Position numbers and translations under genes: made by a program
Part shown: positions 52,883 through 64,000 of the stretch, in pieces
How positions within the stretch are numbered: the first letter of the stretch is position 1
Layout: every line of letters starts with the position of its first letter
The notes under the pieces: generated by a model
Database searches by the model: none
Told to the model about the DNA's origin: nothing
Seen by the model: only the letters and a program-made list of their open reading frames with translations
From: Octopus sinensis
Lineage: Eukaryota
DNA length: 64,000 nt
Assembly (NCBI RefSeq): GCF_006345805.1
Contig: NC_043001.1
Span: 109,740,001 to 109,804,000 of the forward strand
Direction of reading: 5' to 3'

Positions 52883-53703
52883 TTTAAACATTGTTTGTTT
52901 CGAAAACTCTAAATCACATTGCTTGTCGATCTAGAATCACATTAATAAAAGATTACGTTTTAAACAATTTTCTCATTGATTAGAGTGAAGCAAAACGATA
53001 AGCAATTTACACGGTACGCTGAAGTTTCAAGTTGATCAAAGAAACCAAACTTATTCTAATTAATTTCGAAACCAAACTTTGGTTATTGATTTTGTATAAT
53101 AGATTCGTCAAAATGTGAAATATATAACATATAGTAGAAATCAGAGGAGATTAAGAAAGCATTTTCTAAAAAGTTCTCTCCTATTGTCAGTAGACGTAGA
53201 TTTTGTAAGATAGAAAACTAATGTACGTCATTCAATTACAAAGCACCATTGAATTTTGATTAGAAAATTGAAATAAGAGGCGATTTATAAGGTATCAGTA
53301 ACATCATATATATGTAAGGTTCTAAATAATGAGGAATATTGAGTAATTATGATAACTATATTATATCGAAGAAGTCCTGTATACATAATAGAAAGTATAG
53401 TTGTAAAGATGACATACTATTGATAACAGTAGTTTTAATTTGCGTTATACATCTATTCAAATTGAAAATTTGTTTTTCACTTACAAAACGCATATACATT
53501 CATATATTAATGTAATTTTTGAATATAGTCGTACAAGACGAAATCGCTCTAACATTAACTGAAAGAACACTCAATTGATACTATCAGTACATTATAAGAT
53601 TTATTTTTAAAAAGAAAAAAAATTCCTAGTAACTTTCACGCTTATAGAAAAATAAACAGATGCGTAAATGTACATATACTTATTTATGGATATATACAAA
53701 GGT

Positions 53704-53771
<68 letters not shown>

Positions 53772-53784
53772 CAGTTACAAAATT

Positions 53785-53915
53785 ACAGTAAAGGAAAAGA
53801 CGAAAACAGGTGTATGAAAAACAAGCTTGTGTATTAGTTTAACGCTCGGGAAAGTGAGAAAGTTTTTAAAGTTTCGAGCCTACGCACGAATAAGAGAAAA
53901 TAAACAGACAGAAAA
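53785..53915 (-). mobile_element. Third, decayed copy of the 6280-type Penelope-like fragment
   Basis: Minus strand cgtaggctcgaaactttaaaaactttctcact..ctaatacacaagcttg. Confidence 0.55.
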
Positions 53916-54333
53916 AAAATGTGGATTTTATGTTCTGGCTTGGCGACTGGTTAGAGAAATAAGGGTTTGACAGGAGAGATAGAAAGAAGGTGAGACAATA
54001 AAGTATTGGTGCCTATGTGTATATGTCATAATGTGTAAGTGTGTGTCTGTTTATATGGGCTATTGACTGACGTGTGTGTGTGCGTTTGTAATGTGTAGGT
54101 ATGTGAATAATGGTGAGTGTGCGGATTATGGTGGGTGGGTGTATAGATGAGGGTGAGTGGAGTGGTGTGGGGTGGTGTGATGGTGTGTGGTGGTGTGGGG
54201 TGGCATGATGTGGTGTCGTGGTGTGTGGTGTGGTGTCGTGTGGGGGTGTATATATATGCATATATAGATAGATACATATATATGTTTGTATATATATTTA
54301 TATATGTACATATATACATATATAAATATACAT

Positions 54334-54366
<33 letters not shown>

Positions 54367-54526
54367 AACATATAAGAGGTAACCATCATACGATACATGG
54401 CACGCTAGAAGGAATAGCCAAAATCCAAACAACTATTAGGGATAAATTTCGATGGGAATGAATAATAAAAACATTTACCATGTATCTCCTGGACTATGGT
54501 ATCTGAATCAATATTAGCAAATAAAA

Positions 54527-57500
54527 AATTTACATCAGTGGACAGTTGATCGAATTTTCACTAGTGGACAGTTGATCGAATTTACACAAGTGGACAGTTG
54601 ATCGAATTGGCACAAGTAGACAGTTGATCGAATTTACACCAGTGGACAGTTGATTAAATTTACACAAGTGGAAAGTTGATCAAATTTGCGCTAGTGGACA
54701 GTTGATCGAATTAGCACAAGTAGACACTTGATCGAATTTACACCAGTGGACAGTTGATTGAATTTACACAAGTGGAAAGTTGATCAAATTCTCCCTAGTG
54801 GACAGTTGATCGAATTTTCGTTAGCGGTTAGTTGATCGTATTTACACCAGTGGACAGTTGATCGAATTTTCACTAGTGGTAAGTTGATCGAATTTACACC
54901 AGTTGACAGTTGATCGAAATTTTGTCAGCGGTCAGTTGATCGAATTTACACCAGTGGACAGTTGATCGAATTTACGCTAGTGGACAGTTGATCGAATTGA
55001 GACCAGTGGAAAGTTGATCAAATTTGCGCTGGTGGTCAGTTGATCGAATTTTCGCCAGAAGTCAATTGATCGAATTAACTCCAGTGGACAGTAGATCGAA
55101 TTTTCGCTAGTGGTCATTTGATAGGATTTACACCAGAAGACGGTTGACCGAATTTTCACCAGTGGACAGTTGATCGAATTTTCTCATGTGGATAGTTGAT
55201 CGAATTTTCGCAAGTGGACAGTTGATTGAGTTTTCGCTAGTGGTCAGTTGATCGAATCTACACCAGTGGACAGTTGATCGAATTTTCGCTTTTGGACAGT
55301 TGATCGAATTTTCTATAGTGGACAGTTGATCGAATTTTCCCAAGTGGACAGTTGATCGAGTTTTCGCTAGTGGTCAGTTGATCGAATCTACACCAGTGGA
55401 CAGTTGATCGAATTTTCGCTTGTGGACTGTTGATCGAATTTTCTATAGTGGACAGTTGATCGAATTTTTGCTAGAGAATAGTTGATCGAATTTACACTAG
55501 TGGAAAGTTGATCGAATTTTCCCAAGTGGACAGTTGATCGAGTTTTCGCTAGTGGTCAGTTGATCGAATCTACACCAGTGACAGTTGATCGAATTTTCGC
55601 TTGTGGACTGTTGATCGAATTTTCTATAGTGGACAGTTGATCGAATTTTTGCTAGAGGATAGTTGATCGAATTTACACTAGTGGAAAGTTGATCGAATTT
55701 TCGCTAGTGGACAGTTGATCGAATTTCCATAAATGGACAGTTGATCGAATTTTTGCTAGTGGACATTTGATCGAATTTAGCGCAGTGGAAAATTGATCAA
55801 ATTTGCGCTGGTGGTCATTTGATCGAATTTACACCAGAAGACAGTTGACCGAATTTTCACCAGTGGACAGTTGATCGAAATTTCTGATGTGGACAGTTGG
55901 TCGATTTTCGCAAGTGGACAGTTGATCGAATTTTCTATAATGGACAGTTGATCGAATTTTTGCTATTGGACAGCTGATCGAATTTTCTGTAGGGGATAGG
56001 TGATGGCTGATTGAATTTAGACAAGTGGACAGTTGATCGAATTTTCTCTAGTGGACAGTTAATCGAATATTCGTCAGCGAACACTTGATCGAATTTACAC
56101 AGAGTTGAATTTTCTCTAGTAGACAGTTGTTCTAATTTTCTCTAGTGGACAGTTGATCGAATTTTTGCTAGTGGACAGTTGATCGAATTTACACCGGTGA
56201 ACAGTTGATCGATTTTCGCTAGTGGACAGTTGATCGAATTTACACCGGTGAGCAGTTGATCGATTTTCGCTAGTGGACAGTTGATCGAATTTAGACCAGT
56301 GGACAGTTGATCGAATTTTCATCAGCGGACAGTTGATCGAATTTACATCAATGGACTGTTGATCGAATTTTCTCTATTGGAGATTTGATCGAATTTTTGC
56401 TAGTGGACAGTTAATCGAATATTCGTCAGCGAACAGTTGATCGAATTTACACAGAGTTGAATTTTCTCTAGTGGACAGTTGTTCGAATTTTCTCTAGTGG
56501 ACAGTTGATAGAATATTCTCCAGTGGACAGTTGATCGAATTTTCGCTAGTAGACAGTGGACAGTTGATCGAATTTACACCTGTGGACAGTTGATCAAATT
56601 TTCGTCAGCGGACATTTGATCGAATTTCCTCTAGTGGACAGTTGATCGAATTTACACCAGTGTACAGTTGATCGAATTTTCGCTAGTAGACAGTTGATCG
56701 AATTTTCGCCAGTGGACACTTGATCGAATTTCCTCTAGTGGACAGTTGATCGAATTTACACCAGTGTACAGTTGAGCGAATTTCCGCTAGTGGACAATTG
56801 ATCGAATTTGCACAAGTGGACAGTTGATCGAATTTACAACAGTGGACTATTGATCGAATTTTCGCTAGTAGACAGTTGATCGAATTTTCGCCAGTGGACA
56901 CTTGATCGAATTTTCTCCAGTGGACAGTTGATCGAATTTTCGCTAGTAGATCGAATTTAGACCAATGGACAGTTGATCGAATTTTCGTCAACGGACATTT
57001 CATCGAATTTACATCCATGGAGAGTTGATTGAATTTACGTCAATGGACAGTTGATCGAATTTTCTCTAGTGGACAGTTGATCGAATTTTCTCCAGTGGAC
57101 AGTCGTTCAATTTTCGCTAGTGGAGAGTTGATAAAATTTTCGCTCGTGGACAGTGGACAGTTGATCGAATTTACACCTGTGGACAGTTGATCGAATGTTT
57201 GTCAGCGGACATTTGATCGAATTTACATCCATGCAGAGTTGATCGAATTTACATCAATGGACATTTGATCGAATTTCCGCTAGTGGACAATTGATCGAAT
57301 TTGCACAAAAAGACAGTTGATCGAATTTACCACAGTGGACTGTTGGTCGAATTTTCGCTAGTAGACAGTTGATCGAATTTTCGCCAGTGGACAGTTGATC
57401 TATTTTACACTAGTGGACAGTTGATCGAATTTACACCAGTAGACAGTTGATCGAATTGTCGCCAGTGGACAGTTGATCGAATTTACACCAGTGGACAGTT

Positions 57501-58115
57501 GATCGAATTTGAGTTACTGGACAGTTGATCGAATTTTCGCCAGTGGAAAGTTGATCGAATTTACACCAGTGGACAGTTGATCGAATTTGCTTTAGTGGAC
57601 AGTTGATCGAATTTTCGGCAGTGGATAGTTGATCGAATTCGCGCAAGTAGACATTTGATCGAATTTACACCAGTAGACAGTTGATAGAATTTTCGTTGGT
57701 GGACAAATTATCGAATTTGCACAAGACAGTTAATCGAATTTACACCAGTCGAAGTTTCACAAGTGGACAGTTGATCGAATTTTCTCAAATGAGCAGTTGA
57801 TCGAATTTAGACAAGTGGACAGTTGATCGAATTTGCACAAGTAGACAGTTGATCGAATTTGCACAAGTAGACAGTTGATCGAATTTTCACTAATGGACAG
57901 TTGATCAAATTTTCGTAGGTGGACAATTGATCAAATTTGCACAAGTAGACAGTTGATCGAATTTTCACTAGTGGACAGTTGATCAAATTTTCGTAGGTGG
58001 ACAATTGATCGAATTTGTACAAGTAGACAGTTAATCGAATTTACACCTGTGGACAGTTGATCGAATTTGTGCTAGTGGACAGATGATCGAATTTTCGCTA
58101 ATGGACAGTTGATCA
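54527..58115. repeat. 26-bp satellite, about 138 copies (gtggacagttgatcgaattt plus a variable 6-mer)
   Basis: Unit length verified across consecutive copies. Local higher-order periods of 78, 104 and 182 bp. Confidence 0.97.
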
Positions 58116-58133
58116 GATGAAACATATAAATAT

Positions 58134-58343
58134 GAGGCAATCCAGGATTTGCCCCGTGCTTATATATTACAATTTTTCAAATCCACCGCGCAAGCGCATA
58201 TTTTTATCGGCTGTAAATTAAATAATGCCAGACTACGAAAATTTGTCAAAAATTATCTATAATTAATAATAACAGTGTAAGAAAAATGTGCGCTGGTGTG
58301 GAAGATTTAATATATAAACACGGGGCACATGCTGGATTGCCTC
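58134..58343. mobile_element. 210-bp MITE nested at the satellite end
   Basis: gaggcaatccaggatttgccccgtgcttatatatt / aatatataaacacggggcacatgctggattgcctc inverted termini. Confidence 0.8.
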
Positions 58344-58669
58344 CTAACTATATGTTTAATCTATGCGTACGTGTTCATTTAGACTCCACCTAGCAAATGA
58401 TTTTATTTATAAGTATTCAGTTAGAAACCTTTGTCCAGGGTATACATGGTCAATATTTTTACTTTTCATTCCCTTAGAACGTTATCCCTAATAGTGGTTT
58501 GGATCTTGGCTATTCCTACTAGCATGCCAGGTTTCCTATGATAGTTACCTCTTATGTTTTTAAATGTACACTGTATTTATATGAAAAATATATAGTCAAT
58601 TGACTAAATTTTCTATACGCTAAGCCAATGGTAGTAAACATTTCCAGAATTTTTTCTTACCCTGATATT

Positions 58670-59300
<631 letters not shown>

Positions 59301-59764
59301 TAGTTATATATTTAAAAAAATATATTTTGTTTTTTATGATTGGCTTTATGTCTATCATTGTTTGAATTGCATAATAGTGGTTCTCTAATTTATATATATA
59401 TATATATATACATACAATTACACACACGAGCACACAAACACATATATATATATTGCCTGAAGTTGGAGGCTGGTGGTATGAATTTACAAACATTATGTTG
59501 GACAGACAACTCCCCAGAAACAGTTGCTGGACTCGTATAACGTCGTACTCCACCCCTTTAGTTCCTGATATCGTTTCTGTTCTGTGTCAGTCGCACTTTA
59601 ATATATTTATAGATATGTACATTTTTTGTATTAAATGTATTTAATATTTTTTATGTATCGACTTCTCTAACTTGTTTGTCCTTACATTTACTCATCTACT
59701 TGCTCAGATCCAAATCTGTTGAGCACTACGAAGTGTAATCTATACAGAGAATACCTCTCTTTAA

Positions 59765-59795
<31 letters not shown>

Positions 59796-61114
59796 ATCTA
59801 CCTACCTATCTATCTATCTCTAAATGAACGTATATAATATATAATCAATGAAATGCTTGCTATTTATGAGTAAGTCAGTGGTTAACGGGTGCTTCCATCA
59901 TGTATATTTGGGCATATACTGGTGCTGTATGTTGCAGCTCCCGGAACAGAGTATTCAGTGTTGTTAAATCCGGTATGTAGATTGTCAGACAGACACAGGA
60001 GGCTAGCTCGAGAGAAGGTGAGCCGCGTACGTGTTATAGGATTATGTTGGAAGTTAAAAACATCAATTTCGGTGACTGAAAAGCTATTGCAGTGATGTAA
60101 AGTAGGTAAAGAAAAAATAGTGTACAAACCGGTTTTATTGCTTCGGGCATGTTGTTCAATGAACATTCGTGAACTATTTGAATATTATCTTTGAAATTAT
60201 ATGCCCAAGTATTCGATAGAAAATGCTGAAAAAATTAAAATTATATGTCGCTTCCAAATAGAACGATATGTTGGTTCCAATGCTTCCAATTAGCCCAAAT
60301 TTAATACTAATGTTTGCTCCAAAATATCAAATAACACGGATAAGTTTAATTGAAAGATGTTATGCTGCATTCAGTAGAAAAATGTGCTGAAAGAGCGAAT
60401 AGATTATCGAAAATTTCATCTATAATTCAATGACATTTTTAGAGAAAGTAGTCATCAATACTCCGCTATCTCGAATACCATAAAAATGTACGGAAGATGG
60501 ATAACATACAATGATGTCACTGACCAAAAGTAATGTATTAACAAGCAAGTAGAGAAGGAATGTTAACCCTTATCTCCGCCATACTTTGAAGAAATGTTTA
60601 TTTGTGTGACACATATTACTACTCCTTTGTGTTCTTGATAAAAACAATCGTTTTGTTTTAGAAAATGTAATGTACCACAAGAACTTGTTAGAAAAGGAGA
60701 TGTGGAATTATATAGATAATAACGTTTCATGAAGTGATTGTATTTTTTGAAATTAAATCGAACACAACACATACTATTGATCCTCAGGTACCACGATATC
60801 AATCCAGATGAGATTCAGCTTTAATATATATTTGCTCTCAGCTTTCACATAAGGGTATGAGTGTACATTCGTCAATTCGAAACTAAGAGACCCAAATATT
60901 GGCAGCCAAAAGCAAACGGGAACTACCAAGCACCAGTTGTGCGTACATTAGCAAAGAGTTACATAGTGCATGTTATTCTATTGAAAATATAAAAGGATTA
61001 GGAAAACAAATGTGTCTTCCAACTCTTTATATTCTTTGTTCGAATTCTACATGGACATTCTAGATGGACGTTGATTTTCAACTACTTATGGTCAATAAAA
61101 ATTGGTTACAAATT

Positions 61115-61290
61115 TCGGCACAAGGTTAGCAATTTCGGAAGAAGGGTAAGTCGATTACACGACCCTAGTGGTCACCTCTTACTTATTTTATCGACTTCGA
61201 AATGATGAATGGCAAAGTCGACCTCGGCGGAATTTTAATCCAAAATGTAAAAACGAATGAAATATCGCTAAGCATTTTGTACGACGTACT
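61115..61290 (-). mobile_element. Degenerate SINE family A copy
   Basis: gaatggcaaagtcgacctcggcggaatttt. Confidence 0.75.
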
Positions 61291-61608
61291 TAAACAATTC
61301 TAAGCTTCCCATGCACAAACAGAAGTTTTGTTTATTACCACCGGAATATTTTCCTTAAAGGAACCAACAGAATATTTACGTAATCAAGCTGCCGAGATGG
61401 CTAACAACGTCTTACCGTCAGGCAGATTTTAAAAGCATCACACGAATTTCAGAATATACACTATAGAAACGGTAGAAGTTCATGTGTATCTGAATGTCAA
61501 ATTGCGTGGGAACATCATCGAACATATAATACACATGAACACGTAAATAAATATTTGAATGGTGCACACTGGCACACACGTGCACACATAAACACACAGA
61601 CACACAGA

Positions 61609-61647
<39 letters not shown>

Positions 61648-62048
61648 AGGGTTACATGTTTCTATACGTACTGCAAAAGTGAGAGTGACAGAGAAAGAGA
61701 GAGAGAAAGGGAGAAGGAGAAAAAAGAGAGAGAAAGAGTGACGCAGAGAATCTGAATAAGGTGCTTGGAGACAACTTCAATCAATTAAAATTACTCGCTT
61801 AATTATTAGGAATGAGTGTAAACCACTAATGTGGGGCGTAACAGAAAGCGCAGAGTGGAAAGAACCGCTAAGTTAATTAATCAGAATTAGATCCTGTTGG
61901 AATGCAATGATGAGTGAGTGTAATCTATATGTTTGCACTGACATCTACACCGGTTTTACGAAAGTAATAAAACTCATCCATTACTTAAAGTCAAACTTTC
62001 ATTGATTTCAGAACGACAATATGATATAGAATTTGATAAATGGACATA

Positions 62049-62103
<55 letters not shown>

Positions 62104-62164
62104 ATATATATATATATAGATATATATATATATATATATATATATAGATATATATATAATATAT

Positions 62165-62223
<59 letters not shown>

Positions 62224-62253
62224 TATATGTATATATATATATATATATATAAT

Positions 62254-62630
62254 ACTAGCAGTATCGCCCGGCGTTGCTCTGGTTTGTAAGGGAAATAACT
62301 ATAAAACATTTTTAGAGGGTTATAGCCAAAAAATGGAAAAAAAATGATGGTAAATTTTTTTTAGTTAAAAAGGTCGAGTTGCGTCCCCTAGACAGTCTGT
62401 GGTTTGTGTTTCTGATTCTCGACCCCATGTCGAATTTATCGATTTTTTTCAGAACTGGGGGAACTTTTCAAAATTTTCGCTGCGTTAGTTTTGAATTATG
62501 ACATTGAGCTATGTGTGTGTCAAGTTTCATCAGAATCGGTTGAAAGCCGTGCTCAGGGTGAGGGTACAACCTGACAGACACACAGAAACACACACAGACA
62601 AACTGCCGTTTATATATAGAGAGAAGATAT
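62254..62630 (+). mobile_element. Non-autonomous Helitron-like element (Lep1/DINE-like architecture)
   Basis: Starts actagcagtatcgcccggcgttgctc; ends caagtttcatcagaatcggtt..acagacacacaga..tttatatatagagagaagat. Inserted in (TA)n. Confidence 0.6.
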
Positions 62631-62637
62631 ATATATA

Positions 62638-62708
<71 letters not shown>

Positions 62709-62937
62709 AAGTGTGTGTGTGTGTATGAGAGGTATTAGTGTCAAGAAGATTCAAAGGGGACAGTTAATGTTGTGTAAGCGCTATGGACAGACTAAAGTTA
62801 AGCTCCAGGTTCAGTAATGATACGAGTGCGGAGTCCAACGTATGTCGTGTATTAGCAATCATATATATATAAATTAATAGAATGAGATAAAAATATCCCA
62901 GGCTGTGAATAGTTTTCAGAACGTTTATAAAGAAAAG

Positions 62938-62984
62938 GTCTTACAGCTGTTTCCGGCATATTTTATATATCTTTCATCAGAGAC
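62938..62984 (-). ncRNA. Minimal type I hammerhead-ribozyme-like motif
   Basis: Minus strand gtct-CTGATGA-[aagatatataaaatatgccg]-GAAA-cagctg-TA-agac. Stem I gtct/agac, palindromic stem III, GUA triplet; stem II is imperfect. Confidence 0.55.
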
Positions 62985-63379
62985 GGTGCGAAAAATGTTT
63001 AAGTAATAGTTAATATACAGAAGATATAAAATGCAGAGTGAAATGGAGGAATGAAAACAGACGTGAGATACGTAAGGATATTGAATTTGCAGTACCATTA
63101 TTTAAGAAGAATGGCCTATATATGTTTCCTGTATCATGTGTGTGAGTTCCAATGGTGTTTATAATTGGTCATTCCAAGCATGGAGTCTTGTAAACGGTGT
63201 TATTTGATCGATGGATTTTTGGAAGTGGCTTAAAAGTTGGGAATGTATTTGTAAGGTCAAATCAAAAACAGAACAAGAGAGAAAAAACAGGAAGAGAAAA
63301 AAATGTATAGGTATACGTGTGTGTGTGCACGTATGTATTATATATGTATATATATATAAATATAATTTCAACAATTGAG

Positions 63380-63597
63380 GGTAAAATTAATTAATTAATC
63401 AATTTCACCAAGTATTCAGTATGCAAAGGGACCATTTAAGGCGAATTCAAATTATTACATTATATAAAAGGGCTTAGTAAAATAAATTACTTTGCCGCAT
63501 ACTGAACTCATTAGAAATAGCAGCTATTTTAGCTGCTATTTCTAATGAGTTCAGTATGCGGCAAAGTAATTTATTTTACTAAGCCCTTTTATATAAT
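63380..63597. mobile_element. Fold-back repeat with a perfect 68-bp-arm hairpin
   Basis: 63459-63526 is the exact reverse complement of 63530-63597; 3-nt loop. Confidence 0.7.
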
Positions 63598-64000
63598 ATA
63601 TATAAATATATATATGTGTGTGTTTGTATATTTATATGCATATATGTATGTGTGTGTAGGTGTGTAGGTGTGTATTTATATATATATATATATATATGGG
63701 TCAGTGAATACACTCTTTACTACATCTATTTCTACACTGATCTCCCAAACTAATTTTAATATCTTAAACCTTACAAAAGCAGTTCCTCAATAATCATGGT
63801 TGCCTTTATTGTTTGAAAATAATTCATCCAAATAACAGGTGTCTGGAACATTGCATTCACTGTTGTAACTTTTTCCGGGCAATTATACCTACAGTGAAAT
63901 TTTTCCGTCCATCTTTTAATGCTTCTCATCTTAACTGCTTCTCAACTGCAGTCTGCATAATTTGTATCTTTAAACTGGCAGTTTTTTCAGCAGTATTGCC

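Larger units (their letters stand above)
54372..58555. mobile_element. Inverted-repeat-bounded element enclosing the satellite
   Basis: 54372-54493 vs the reverse complement of 58434-58555: 104/122 ungapped identities. Confidence 0.8.

Noticed and set aside
54977-58022. Repetitive protein (KIRSTVHWxKFDQLSTxENSINCPL) from satellite ORFs
   Set aside because: This is the automatic three-frame cycle of a 26-nt unit. Frames are short and broken by stops and indels.
54527-58115. CRISPR array
   Set aside because: The variable parts are only about 6 bp and recur, the repeats drift, there are no cas genes, and the context is eukaryotic.

Overview
AT-rich, microsatellite-dense eukaryotic DNA, intronic or intergenic in character. 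Its SINE repertoire resembles what I recall from octopod cephalopods; this organism assignment is an inference. I find no confident host protein-coding gene, rRNA, intact tRNA or CRISPR array. Nearly all ORFs in the supplied track are translations of (TA)n, (CA)n or (TTA)n repeats, SINEs or a satellite. The recognisable content is: three tRNA-derived SINE families, several copies with target-site duplications (TSDs); five fragments of R4/Dong-like LINEs with a restriction-like endonuclease, three of them stacked in one TAA tract; four Tc1/mariner remnants; pogo/Tigger-like and other MITEs; two Helitron/Helentron-like non-autonomous elements; and Penelope-like terminal-repeat pieces with fold-back arms and hammerhead-ribozyme-like cores. 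There are also two near-identical tandem duplications bounded by (TA)n and a 3.6-kb 26-bp satellite enclosed by 122-bp inverted repeats. The most interesting items are the satellite-in-transposon, a palindromic tRNA-head/microsatellite/hammerhead element, further minimal hammerhead families, and a SINE copy that carries the unique 5' flank of another copy 24.5 kb away. All alignments were done by eye; coordinates without TSD or TIR anchors are approximate.
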